DNA from: Candidatus Multivorans azotirespirans
Lineage (GTDB): Bacteria > Acidobacteriota > Thermoanaerobaculia > Multivoradales > Multivoraceae
Length of the DNA: 64,000 nucleotides
Assembly: GCA_027493095.1 (NCBI GenBank)
Contig: JAPVXD010000198.1
Location: 30,253-94,252 of the forward strand
Reading direction: 5' to 3'
Shown here: piece after piece, positions 24,830 to 34,341 of the stretch
Layout of the letters: each line of letters opens with the position of its first letter
Position numbering within the stretch: the first letter of the stretch is position 1
Program-made: the position numbers and the translations under genes
The notes under the pieces: generated by a model
What the model was told of the DNA's origin: nothing
What the model saw: only the letters and a program-made list of their open reading frames with translations
Database searches by the model: none

Positions 24830-25216
24830 TCAGGGCTCTGCGACCTCTGGTGACTCGTCCCGTGCCGTGCGAATGAAGTCGCGATCGAATGTGAGCATCG
24901 TCTCGCAGTGAGCGGCGACGCCAAGATGCAGGGCATCCGCGAAGTCCATGCCCTTCGCCGCCCGGTCGAGCGCCTCGACTAGCAGGTTCGGGCTCTCCAC
25001 CGTGACACCCGGCAGTCCCGAGAAGGCCCGCAAGGCCGAGGCGGCATCCTCGGCGGCAAGGCCGTAAACGCTGCGCAGGACCCACTCGCACTCAAGGAGG
25101 ACGGTCGTGCTCACGAAGACGTTCCCCGTCTCGACTACATTTCTCGCCCTGGCGGCTTGTTCCGGATCGTCGCCGGTCAGGTAGCGAACGACGACGTTGG
25201 TGTCAATCGCCCGCAT
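24830..25216 (-). CDS. vapC: PIN-domain toxin (VapC family)
   Basis: MRAIDTNVVVRYL N-terminus, plus the ...LLECEWVL... and ...TFDRDF... acidic residue pattern of PIN nucleases. Confidence 0.85.
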   Translation of the reverse strand: MRAIDTNVVVRYLTGDDPEQAARARNVVETGNVFVSTTVLLECEWVLRSVYGLAAEDAASALRAFSGLPGVTVESPNLLVEALDRAAKGMDFADALHLGVAAHCETMLTFDRDFIRTARDESPEVAEP

Positions 25217-25478
25217 GCCGTCGCCTGGCCTCGGCCAGGACGCCTTCCCGCATCTCCTGGGGGGACTTCGGTGGGCCGTCGTAGGCCACGCTGCCGAACA
25301 CGTCCTCGGGCCGGGTCTCGGGAAGCACGGGCTCGGGCTTGAGCAGGACGCCGTCGGGCGTGTTCTCCACGACGAGGCGCGTTCCGGCTGCCCAGCGCAG
25401 CTCCCGGCGAATCGCCTTGGGCAGGATCACCTGCCCCTTGGTCGAGAGTTTTGTGGTCAGTGGTTCGGGCGTGAGCAT
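25203..25478 (-). CDS. AbrB/MazE/SpoVT-family antitoxin
   Basis: Trimmed from the 338-aa track ORF to the ATG at 25478, which is preceded by a GGAGGAGG RBS. LSTKGQVILPKAIRRELRWAAGTRLVVE is a SpoVT/AbrB motif. The 14-nt overlap with the PIN gene is consistent with a TA pair. Confidence 0.8.
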   Translation of the reverse strand: MLTPEPLTTKLSTKGQVILPKAIRRELRWAAGTRLVVENTPDGVLLKPEPVLPETRPEDVFGSVAYDGPPKSPQEMREGVLAEARRRHAGD

Positions 25479-25613
25479 CGGTGGATCCCCTCCTCCATGC
25501 GGGTAAGGCGAAAGTAAGATACACCGTTCCGTGCGTGCAGCCAAGTACGGAGGTCCGCGGGCGCCGCGGCGGGAGCGCGCGGACGAGCGGCCGGCGGCGG
25601 TAGAGTCAGGTCC

Positions 25614-25997
25614 ATGAGCCAGACGCCTTCGCTCCGACGTCCTGCCGTCGTACGGCGCGCCAACGACGCGCCGGCAAACCAGGTTGAGCTGGGCACGGCG
25701 ACGACGACCCAGGTCCTGCTGGGCGCCGCCGACGACGCGCCGCACTTCGCGATGCGGCGGTTCCGCATGGAGGACGGCGGCGGCATGCCGCTGCACACGA
25801 ACCAGGTGGAGCACGAGCAGTACGTGCTCCGGGGCCGAGCCCGCATCGTGCTGGGCGACGAGACGGTCGAGGTCGGCGCCGACGACGTGCTGCTCATTCC
25901 CGCGGGTCTGCCGCACTCCTACGAAGTGATCGAGGCGCCGTTCGAGTTCCTCTGCCTGGTGCCCAACCGGCCGGACCGGATCGACCTGGTCGGCTGA
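25614..25997 (+). CDS. Cupin domain protein
   Basis: GGGMPLHTNQVEHEQYVLRG ... LLIPAGLPHSY are the two cupin motifs. Confidence 0.8.
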   Translation: MSQTPSLRRPAVVRRANDAPANQVELGTATTTQVLLGAADDAPHFAMRRFRMEDGGGMPLHTNQVEHEQYVLRGRARIVLGDETVEVGADDVLLIPAGLPHSYEVIEAPFEFLCLVPNRPDRIDLVG

Positions 25998-25999
25998 GA

Positions 26000-27421
26000 G
26001 TGAAACCGCGCCGCCGTCCCCCGGCCGTGCTCCGCGCGGCGGGAGTCTTGCTGACGGCGGCCCTCGCAACCGAACCTGCGGGCGTCGCGCTGGCGGCCGA
26101 CGGCGAGACCCTGCCGCCCGACCTCCGCACGCGCACGGACGGCATCGACTGGCCCGGTTTCCTCGGCCCGAACCGCGATTCGAAGTCGCCCGAGACCGGC
26201 ATCCGAACCGACTGGGCAAGCGATCCGCCGCCGCTGCTCTGGCACCTCGAACTGGGCGAGGGGTACGCCGCGCCGTCGGTTGCCCGTGGGCGGCTCTTCT
26301 ACTTCACCCGTTTTGGCGACCGGGCGCGTCTGGTCGCGGTCCGCGCCGATACCGGCAAGGAACTCTGGCGCTCGGAGTACCCAACGGACTATGAGGACTA
26401 CTACGGCTACGACGGAGGGCCGCGCACGGCGCCCCTGGTCGACGGCGCGCGGGTCTACTCGGTCGGAGCGGACGGAGTTCTACGTTGCCACCGCGTGCTC
26501 GACGGCGCCGTGCTGTGGGAGTTCGACACCCACGCGGAGTACGGCGTCCAGCAGAACTTCTTCGGCGTCGCCAGTTCGCCCTGGATCGAGGACGATCTGC
26601 TGATCGTCGCGGTCGGCGGCAGTCCGGCCGGCGCCCCGAACATCCACAGCGGTGCGGTCGAGCCGAACGGCACGGCCCTGGTCGCCTTCGACAAGCGAAC
26701 GGGCGAGGAGCGCTACCGGGTTGGCGACGACCTGGCCAGCTACGCGAGCCCCGTGGTGATCGACTTCGACGGCAGGCGCCGGGGCTTCCACTTCGCCCGC
26801 TCCGGCCTCATCCTCTTCGACCCGAAAGACGGCCGGGAGATCGACGGCTTCGGCTGGAGGGCGCGCCGGCTGACCAGCGTGAACGCCGCGAACCCGGTCG
26901 TGGTCGGCAACCGGGTGCTGCTCACCGAGTCCTACGAGAAGGGCGCGGTACTGCTCGAGTACGGCGACGGGAAGGGCGGCGAGACCGGCTTCCGATCGAT
27001 CTGGCAGGACGGTCCGCGCGACCAGTCGATCGCCGCCCACTGGAACACACCCGTCTACCACGAGGGGATCGTCTACGTCTCGAGCGGTGAGAAGTCGCCG
27101 AACGCCGAGCTGCGGGCGGTCGACTGGGCGACCGGCGAGGTCCACTGGAGCCAGCCCCGCCTCGCCCGCACCCAGTTGCTTTATGTCGACGACCACTTCG
27201 TCGTGCACAGCGAGGTCGGCGATCTGCTGCTCATCCGGGCGACCCCCGAGAGCTACCAGCAGGTCGCGCACATTCGTCTGCGGGCCGAAGTCGACGGCCG
27301 CACCGTCGATCTGCTGCGATATCCGGCCTGGGCGGCGCCGGTGCTGTCCCACGGCGTGCTCTACGTGCGTGGCCGAAGCCGGCTGGCCGCGCTGGAACTC
27401 ATCCCGCCGCCAGCCCCGTGA
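26000..27421 (+). CDS. Secreted PQQ-like beta-propeller repeat protein (BamB-like fold)
   Basis: Signal peptide, WPGFLGPNRDS, and repeated ...G.l..ld..tG...W motifs. Confidence 0.8.
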   Translation: MKPRRRPPAVLRAAGVLLTAALATEPAGVALAADGETLPPDLRTRTDGIDWPGFLGPNRDSKSPETGIRTDWASDPPPLLWHLELGEGYAAPSVARGRLFYFTRFGDRARLVAVRADTGKELWRSEYPTDYEDYYGYDGGPRTAPLVDGARVYSVGADGVLRCHRVLDGAVLWEFDTHAEYGVQQNFFGVASSPWIEDDLLIVAVGGSPAGAPNIHSGAVEPNGTALVAFDKRTGEERYRVGDDLASYASPVVIDFDGRRRGFHFARSGLILFDPKDGREIDGFGWRARRLTSVNAANPVVVGNRVLLTESYEKGAVLLEYGDGKGGETGFRSIWQDGPRDQSIAAHWNTPVYHEGIVYVSSGEKSPNAELRAVDWATGEVHWSQPRLARTQLLYVDDHFVVHSEVGDLLLIRATPESYQQVAHIRLRAEVDGRTVDLLRYPAWAAPVLSHGVLYVRGRSRLAALELIPPPAP

Positions 27422-30400
27422 CGGATCTACTACCGGCGTCGATCCTGGTTTCGAGCTCCGCCGGGGCTCGCTTGGCGGAGGCGGGAAAGAGACTCCGCGA
27501 GTGTCTGGAAACGGGCGACGAGGTTCTGCTCCTGGGACCGTCCCGCGGCGCCGCGGACGACCTGTTGCGAGGCTTGACAGGCACTGGCGACGGTCTCCTG
27601 GGCGTTCACGCGATGTCGTTCCACCAGTGGGCGCTCCAGGCCGCCGCGCTCGACCTGGCCGCCCGCGATCTTCGCCCCATCACACCGCTCGGAACCGAGG
27701 CCATAGCGGCCCGCGCGGCGCGGTTGGCTGCCGCCGAGGGGAAACTGGAGCGCCTGTCGCCGGTCGCCGGCATGCCGGGCTTCGCCCGTTCGCTGGCGGC
27801 GACGCTCGACGAACTGCGGTCGGCCGGCGTTTCGCCGTCAACCCTGGCCGGGGATGAGGGTACGCGGGACCTGGGCCGCCTGCTCGAGCGCTTTGCCGAC
27901 GAGATGAAGCGATTCGGGCTTGCCGACCGGTCCGCCGTCCTCAAGCTGGCCGCGGCGGCGCTCGGGGAGGGGCGGGCGATCGTGCCGCCGCGCTCGATCT
28001 GGCTGGACCTCTCGGTGCGCAGCCGCGCCCAGGCCGACCTGTTGAGGGCACTTGCCGGGCGTAGCCGGGAGGTCGTGGCGACCGTCGCCGCGGGTGACGG
28101 CGAGTCGCTTGAGTGGCTGACCTCGGCGCTGGGCGCCGAGGCCGTAGCGAACGTCGACCAGGATACGGACGGCGAGGCGGGGACAGTGCTTGGCCGCGTA
28201 CAACGTTTCGCGTTCGAGACGGGCGTGGACGTGGAGGGGACGCCTCCGGCGGAGCCGCCACCGCCAGGTGGAGGGCCGCCGTCCGTCGACCTGTTCTCGG
28301 CCGCCGGAGAGGGCCAGGAGTGCGTGGAGATCGCGCGCCGCATCCGTCGTGCCGCGGCCGACGGGCTCGCCTTTGACCGCATCGCGATCCTCGTGCGGCA
28401 GCCCACGGCCTACCTGCCCCTCATCGAAGATGCACTTGGCCGGGCCAGCGTTCCGGCCTACGTCACGCGAGGCTCGCTTCGCCCCAACCCGGCCGGCCGC
28501 GCTTTCCTGGCCCTGCTCGCCTGCGCCGGTGAACGGCTCTCGGCGAGCCGGTTCGCGGAGTATCTGTCGCTCGGCCAGACGCCGGAGCCGGCGGCGGACG
28601 GTGCGCCGCCGAAGGTTGACGAGGTGCCCTGGGTGGAACCAGCCGGTGAGCAGCTCGTGCTGAAGTCACCGGAAGCGACGAATCCGGAGTTCACGGTTGT
28701 CGACGCAGACGATGCCGGCGAATCCGACGAAGACGCGGCGCCCGCCGGCGCTCTCCGGGCCCCTGCGCGGTGGGAACGGCTTCTGGTGGACGCCGCCGTG
28801 GTGGGTGGCGCCGGGCGCTGGCGGAAGCGACTGGAGGGACTCGACGCCGAGTTCCGGCTGCGGCTGCGCGAAGTCGAGGAGGAGAACGAGGGCCACAGGG
28901 GCTACCTCGAGCGTCAGATCGCGCGTCTCGGCACGCTCCAGAGCTTCGCACTGCCCCTGGTGGGGTTTCTGGACGGTCTGCCGGAGAGTGCCGATTGGGG
29001 TGTGTGGCTCGACCGTCTCGGCGAGCTGGCGACGATGGCGCTGCGGCGCCCGCAGTCCGTGCTTGAAGTCCTGGCGGAACTGCGGCCGCTCTCGGAGGTC
29101 GACGAAGTCGGCCTCCCCGAGGTCGAGCGCGTACTCGCCGAGCGCCTCAGGTTCAGGTGGCGCGAACCGCCGAAGCGTCGCTATGGGCGCGTCTTCGTGG
29201 GTGTGGCGGAGGAGGCGGCCGGACGTTCCTTCGATCTTGTGTTCGTGCCGGGCCTGGCCGAGGGAGTCTTCCCGCGGCGGTCCGGCGAGGACGCCCTGCT
29301 GCTCGATGATCGGCGGCGAGCCCTGAGCGGAGCGGGCTACCGCCTGGCGGTCGACGTCGACCGCACCCGCCGGGAACAACTCCTGCTCCGCCTGGCCGCC
29401 GGCGCGGCGGCTCATACGCTGGTTGCCTCGTACCCACGAGTCGATCTCGTGCAGGGTCGGGCCCGAGTGCCGTCGCTGTACGCCCTCGACCTGCTGCGGG
29501 CGGCCGAGGGTCGGTTGCCCGACCTCGACACCCTCGGCCGGCGGGCCGCGGCCGCCGGCGCCGCGATCGTCGGCTGGCCGGCGCCCGCCAACCCGGACGA
29601 GGCGATCGACGAAGCGGAGTTCGACCTCGCCATGCTCCAGCCGCTGCTCGGCGGTGGACTGTCGGACGCTGAACGCCGGGGCAGGGCGCGGTTCCTGCTG
29701 TCCTCGAACGAGCACCTTGCGCGGGCGCTACGGGCCCGGGCCAGACGCTGGCGCAAGGGCTGGTTTCCGGTCGACGGCCTGGTGGACGTGGGTGACGAGG
29801 CCCGGGAAGTCCTGTCCCGCCATCGCGTCGGGGCCCGCTCCTACTCGCCGACGGCGCTGCAGAACTTCGCCGCCTGTCCCTACCGGTTCTTCCTTGGAGC
29901 GGTGCTACGCCTGTACCCGCGCGACGAACTCGTGCAACTGGAGCAGTTGGATCCCCTGACCCGCGGCAGCATCTTTCACGAGATCCAGTTCCGGCTGTTC
30001 GGCGCCCTCCGCGAGGCGGAGTTCTTGCCGGTGACATCCGCAAGGCTCGAGGAAGCGTTCAGCGTGCTGGACGCTGTGCTGGAGGAAGCCGAACGCGACT
30101 TCCGGGACCAGCTGGCGCCGCCGATCGAGCGCGTATGGCAGGCCGAGTTCGAAGGCCTTCGCGGGGACCTTCGCGGTTGGCTGCGCCAGGTGGCGGAGGA
30201 GGGCGGCCTGTGGACGCCGGTCCACGCCGAACTCGGGTTCGGCCTGGCGCGGTCGCGCGATCGGGACCCGCGGAGCGTTCGGGAAGCCGCCCCGGTCCTG
30301 GAGGTTGCGCGGCTCCGAGGGTCGATCGACCTGGTCGAAGCGGACAGCGCCGGTCGCCTGCGGGTGACGGACCACAAGACCGGCGGCGCGCGCCACGCCG

Positions 30401-30756
30401 GCACGTCTCTCGTGATCGGCGGCGGCAAAGTGCTGCAGCCGGTCCTCTACAGCCTGGCGGCCGAGGCCGTGCTCGGCCGGGACGTCGTCTCGGGCCGGCT
30501 CTTCTACTGCACGCAGCGCGGCGGTTACAGCCTTGTCTCCGTCCCGCTCGACGAGCGAAGCCGCGGCGCGGTCCGCAGGATGCTGGCCACCGTCGACGGC
30601 GCGCTCGAGGAGGGCTTTCTGCCCGCGGCGCCCGGCAAGGACGAGTGCCGGTACTGCGACTACCGCCCGGTGTGCGGCCCGTACGAGGACCTGCGCGTCG
30701 CCCGCAAGCAGAAGAGTCGGCTCGGAGCGCTCAACGACTTGAGGCTCGAACCATGA
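27418..30756 (+). CDS. addB: AddB-like helicase-nuclease subunit (PD-(D/E)xK nuclease with Fe-S cysteine staple)
   Basis: C-terminal nuclease region: LQNFAACPYRFF, IDLVE...VTDHKTG, CRYCDYRPVCG (1+3 Cys). The N-terminal ATPase-like region has a degenerate P-loop (LLLGPSRGAAD). The GTG overlaps the upstream stop. Confidence 0.75.
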   Translation: MTDLLPASILVSSSAGARLAEAGKRLRECLETGDEVLLLGPSRGAADDLLRGLTGTGDGLLGVHAMSFHQWALQAAALDLAARDLRPITPLGTEAIAARAARLAAAEGKLERLSPVAGMPGFARSLAATLDELRSAGVSPSTLAGDEGTRDLGRLLERFADEMKRFGLADRSAVLKLAAAALGEGRAIVPPRSIWLDLSVRSRAQADLLRALAGRSREVVATVAAGDGESLEWLTSALGAEAVANVDQDTDGEAGTVLGRVQRFAFETGVDVEGTPPAEPPPPGGGPPSVDLFSAAGEGQECVEIARRIRRAAADGLAFDRIAILVRQPTAYLPLIEDALGRASVPAYVTRGSLRPNPAGRAFLALLACAGERLSASRFAEYLSLGQTPEPAADGAPPKVDEVPWVEPAGEQLVLKSPEATNPEFTVVDADDAGESDEDAAPAGALRAPARWERLLVDAAVVGGAGRWRKRLEGLDAEFRLRLREVEEENEGHRGYLERQIARLGTLQSFALPLVGFLDGLPESADWGVWLDRLGELATMALRRPQSVLEVLAELRPLSEVDEVGLPEVERVLAERLRFRWREPPKRRYGRVFVGVAEEAAGRSFDLVFVPGLAEGVFPRRSGEDALLLDDRRRALSGAGYRLAVDVDRTRREQLLLRLAAGAAAHTLVASYPRVDLVQGRARVPSLYALDLLRAAEGRLPDLDTLGRRAAAAGAAIVGWPAPANPDEAIDEAEFDLAMLQPLLGGGLSDAERRGRARFLLSSNEHLARALRARARRWRKGWFPVDGLVDVGDEAREVLSRHRVGARSYSPTALQNFAACPYRFFLGAVLRLYPRDELVQLEQLDPLTRGSIFHEIQFRLFGALREAEFLPVTSARLEEAFSVLDAVLEEAERDFRDQLAPPIERVWQAEFEGLRGDLRGWLRQVAEEGGLWTPVHAELGFGLARSRDRDPRSVREAAPVLEVARLRGSIDLVEADSAGRLRVTDHKTGGARHAGTSLVIGGGKVLQPVLYSLAAEAVLGRDVVSGRLFYCTQRGGYSLVSVPLDERSRGAVRRMLATVDGALEEGFLPAAPGKDECRYCDYRPVCGPYEDLRVARKQKSRLGALNDLRLEP

Positions 30757-33700
30757 CCGGCCAGGCCGCGCCGCCACTCGCGGACGAAACCGCCCGCCGG
30801 CGGATCCGGGAGGCGCTGGGTGAGAGCCAACTCGTCGAGGCGGCCGCCGGCACCGGCAAGACGACCGTGCTCGTCGAGCGGCTGGTGGCCCTCCTGGAGC
30901 AGGGCCTGGGCACCGTCGACGGGCTGGCGGCCGTCACCTTCACGCGCAAGGCCGCGGGCGAACTGAAGCTACGCCTGCGCGAGGAACTGGACAGGAGGCT
31001 GGTCGAGCTGCGCGCCGCGGGCGTTGCCGACGGGCGCACCCAGAACCTGGAGGCGGCGATCTCGCGCCTGGAGGAGGCGTCGATCGGTACGATCCACTCG
31101 CTTTGCGCCGAGATCCTCCGGGAACGGCCGGTCGAAGCCGGCGTCGATCCGGGCTTCGGCGAACTGGCCGAGGACGAGGCGCCGCGTCTCTTCAACCGCG
31201 CCTTCCGGAGCTGGATCGAGGAGCAACTCGAATCGATGCCGCCCGGTCTGCGCCGGGAACTGGCGCGGCTCACGGCCGGGCCGTGGTCACCGCGGCAGCC
31301 GCCGCTGGACCGGTTGCGCGACACCGCTCTTCGACTGGTCGAATGGCGCGATTTCCCGTCGAGTTGGCGGCGGCCGGACTTCGACCGCGAAGCGCAACTC
31401 GGGGATCTCGCGACGCGCGTGGAGCGTCTCGCCGACCTCGTGCGGCACGGGCGGCGCGGCGACATCCTGCGGCGCGGCCTCGACCGGGTCGTCGAGCTGG
31501 CGGCCTGGATCGCCCGGGCGCGGGAGCTGGGCGCCTCGAAGCCGGACGGCGGTGGCGTGGAAGCGGACGGCGGCGAGGCGGTTCAGGATCAACTGGAGGC
31601 ACGGCTCGTCGAGCTGCGGCGTCGTCTGAGCGGCTATGGCGCTCCCCGCAAGGGTCGCGGCGGCTTCGCGGAGGGTGTCGCGCGGGACCAGGTGTGGGAG
31701 TTCTGGCGGCGGCTGGCGGAGCGGCTGGAGCAGTTCGTGGAGGCGGCCGACGCGGATCTCGCGGCGTTGCTCCGCGACGAGCTGGCCGGTGCGGTCGAGC
31801 GTTACGAAGAGGCAAAGAACTCTCTCGGCAAGCTGGACTTCCATGACCTCCTGATCAAGGCTCGGGACCTGCTGCGTTCTGACGGCACGGTCCGAGCCCA
31901 CCTTCAGCGGCGCTACAGCCATCTGTTCATCGACGAGTTCCAGGACACGGATCCGCTTCAGGCGGAGATCCTGCTTCTGCTGGCCGCCGACAGTCCCGAA
32001 CCGTGCGACTGGAGGGAGGTGCGGCCGGCAGCAGGCAAGCTCTTCGTCGTCGGCGATCCGAAGCAGTCGATCTATCGCTTCCGCCGCGCCGACGTGGTGC
32101 TTTACCACGACGTCAAGGAGATGCTCGCCGGCCGCGGCGTCGAGGTCCTCCACCTGACGACCAGCTTCCGGTCGGTCGGGCCGATCCAGCGAGCCGTGAA
32201 CGCTGCTTTCGCGCCGCTGATGACCGGCGACCATCAAGCCGGCAGCGCGGACTACATCGCCCTCGGCGAGCACCGCGAATCGATCGCCGGCCAGCCCGCC
32301 GTGATCGCCTTGCCGGCACCCAGACCGTACGGATCCCGCAACCTGAGCAATCGGGAGATCGAGGCGTGCCAGCCGTATGCCACGGTCGAGTTCGTGCGCT
32401 GGCTGATCGAAGACAGCGGGTTCGAGGTCGAGGTTCCGGACCCGGACCGGCCCGGACAGCGCATGCGGTCGCGGATCCGGCCCCGGGACGTCTGCCTCCT
32501 CTTCCGCCGGTTCCTGAGCTGGAACCGGGACACGTCCCGCGAGTACGTTCGGGGACTGGAGGCCGTGGGCATTCCCCATCTCCTGCTCGGCGCCCGCTCC
32601 TTCCACGAGCGGGAAGAGGTGGAGGCGCTGCGGTCGGCACTGAAGGCGGTGGAGTGGCCGGATGACGATCTCTCCGTCTACGCGACGTTGCGGGGAGGGC
32701 TGTTCGCGTTCGACGACGAGTTGCTGCTGCTGTTCAAGGCCCGCTACGGCACCTGGCATCCGCTTCAGGGCCCGCGGCGAGCACGCGAGGACGGCGAACC
32801 ACCCGAGGAGTTCCGGTCCGTGGTCGAGGTGCTGGACTTCCTCGCCGAGCTCCACCGCCGGCGGAACTATCGGCCGATCGTGCGCACCGTGCAGGAAGTA
32901 CTGGCCAGGCCCCGGGCCCAGGCGTCGATGGCGTTGCGGCCGGCTGGCAACCAGGTGCTGGGCAACGCGCAGCGGGTGTGCGATCTCGCCCGCCGCTACG
33001 AGCTCGCGGGCGGCCGCTCCTTCCGCGGTTTCGTCGAGCAGTTGGACGAGGAGGCCGAACGGCCGGCGAGCACGCAGGCCCCGGTGGTCGAGGAGGACGC
33101 GGAGGGCGTGCGGATCATGACGGTCCACACCGCGAAGGGGCTGGAATTCCCGGTCGTCATCCTCGCCGATATGACGGCCGGCCTGTCCCGCGGCGCCGAA
33201 CGGACCGTGCGCCCGGAGGACGGCCTGTGCGCGATGAGGCTCCTCGGCCTGTCACCTCAGGAGCTGCTGGACGCGAAGGAGATCGAGGACCGGCGAGAGG
33301 AGGCGGAGGGCGTGCGGGTCGCCTACGTGGCGGCGACTCGCGCCCGCGACCTGCTCGTCGTGCCGGCGGTCGGCGACGCGCAACGGAAGGGTTGGGTCCA
33401 GTGTCTGAACGATGCGGTCTACCCGCCGGCGGAGCAGTGGCGGCAGTCCGAGCCGGCGGAGGGCTGTCCGGCGTTCGGCGAGCGCACTGTCGCCAGGCGT
33501 CCACACGACTACGAGAATCAGCCCGAGACGTCGGTCCGGCCGGGCCGCCACAGTTTCCCGGGCGTCGCGGGCGAGGCCGGTGACACGGGCTACGACGTCG
33601 TCTGGTGGGACGCCGAGTTGCTCGACGGGAAACCGCCGGCGAGCTACGGTCTGCTGGGCGAGGATCTGCTGGTTGAAGCCGGCGACGACGCGAACCGCGA

Positions 33701-34334
33701 ACGATTCGAAGGCTGGCAGCGCCATGGTGAGGAGCTGGTTGCCCGTGGCTCGGAGCCGAGCGTGTCGCCCGTAGCGGTCACCGAGCTCGACTTCGAACCG
33801 CCGGGTGACCCTGTCGACGTCGTGATCGAGGAACTGCCGCGGTCAGGCGACCGGCCCGGCGGGAAGCGCTTCGGCAGTCTCGTTCACACCGTGCTGCGCG
33901 ACGTCCCGCTGTCAGGCAAAGCGGAGCGGATCGGGGATCTGGCACGGCTTCACGGCGCTCTGCTCGGCTCGACGGCCGCCGAGGTGACGGCGGCGGAGGC
34001 TGTGGTGACGGCGGCGCTTGCCAGCCCGGCCGCTGAAGCCGCCCGGACGTCGCAACGAGTGCTGCGCGAGACACCTTTTCTCCTGCCCCTGGACGGCGAG
34101 GCGGAGCACCGGATCGTCGAGGGCGCGATCGACCTCGCCCACGTCGACGATGAGGGCGGTTGGATCGTCGTTGACTGGAAGACCGATCTCGGCGATCTCG
34201 ACGCCCCCGCCGGGGCTACCGGCGGCAACGGCGTCTCCCGCGGTGAGCGCTACCGCCGGCAGGTCCGCTGGTACTGCTTTGCGCTGGAGCAGTTGACCGG
34301 CAGCCCGGCTTCGGGCCGGCTGGTGTTGCTCTAG
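30753..34334 (+). CDS. addA: AddA/UvrD-family helicase with C-terminal PD-(D/E)xK nuclease
   Basis: Start trimmed to the ATG at 30753 (ATGA overlap with addB). Walker A AAAGTGKTTVL, IDEFQDTDP, VVGDPKQSIYRFRRAD, TVHTAKGLEFP, and nuclease motif GAIDLAHVDDEGGWIVVDWKTD. Confidence 0.85.
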   Translation: MTGQAAPPLADETARRRIREALGESQLVEAAAGTGKTTVLVERLVALLEQGLGTVDGLAAVTFTRKAAGELKLRLREELDRRLVELRAAGVADGRTQNLEAAISRLEEASIGTIHSLCAEILRERPVEAGVDPGFGELAEDEAPRLFNRAFRSWIEEQLESMPPGLRRELARLTAGPWSPRQPPLDRLRDTALRLVEWRDFPSSWRRPDFDREAQLGDLATRVERLADLVRHGRRGDILRRGLDRVVELAAWIARARELGASKPDGGGVEADGGEAVQDQLEARLVELRRRLSGYGAPRKGRGGFAEGVARDQVWEFWRRLAERLEQFVEAADADLAALLRDELAGAVERYEEAKNSLGKLDFHDLLIKARDLLRSDGTVRAHLQRRYSHLFIDEFQDTDPLQAEILLLLAADSPEPCDWREVRPAAGKLFVVGDPKQSIYRFRRADVVLYHDVKEMLAGRGVEVLHLTTSFRSVGPIQRAVNAAFAPLMTGDHQAGSADYIALGEHRESIAGQPAVIALPAPRPYGSRNLSNREIEACQPYATVEFVRWLIEDSGFEVEVPDPDRPGQRMRSRIRPRDVCLLFRRFLSWNRDTSREYVRGLEAVGIPHLLLGARSFHEREEVEALRSALKAVEWPDDDLSVYATLRGGLFAFDDELLLLFKARYGTWHPLQGPRRAREDGEPPEEFRSVVEVLDFLAELHRRRNYRPIVRTVQEVLARPRAQASMALRPAGNQVLGNAQRVCDLARRYELAGGRSFRGFVEQLDEEAERPASTQAPVVEEDAEGVRIMTVHTAKGLEFPVVILADMTAGLSRGAERTVRPEDGLCAMRLLGLSPQELLDAKEIEDRREEAEGVRVAYVAATRARDLLVVPAVGDAQRKGWVQCLNDAVYPPAEQWRQSEPAEGCPAFGERTVARRPHDYENQPETSVRPGRHSFPGVAGEAGDTGYDVVWWDAELLDGKPPASYGLLGEDLLVEAGDDANRERFEGWQRHGEELVARGSEPSVSPVAVTELDFEPPGDPVDVVIEELPRSGDRPGGKRFGSLVHTVLRDVPLSGKAERIGDLARLHGALLGSTAAEVTAAEAVVTAALASPAAEAARTSQRVLRETPFLLPLDGEAEHRIVEGAIDLAHVDDEGGWIVVDWKTDLGDLDAPAGATGGNGVSRGERYRRQVRWYCFALEQLTGSPASGRLVLL

Positions 34335-34341
34335 CTGGGGA

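Noticed and set aside
25203-26219. 338-aa minus-strand ORF
   Set aside because: Only the last 91 codons (25203-25478) look real: a SpoVT/AbrB motif, a strong RBS and TA-pair context. The remainder is antisense to the cupin and beta-propeller genes.
30135-30752. 5' extension of the addA ORF (total 1399 aa)
   Set aside because: The extension lies inside addB in another frame and is Arg/Pro-rich. The ATG at 30753 gives an ATGA coupling and places Walker A at the normal distance from the N-terminus.
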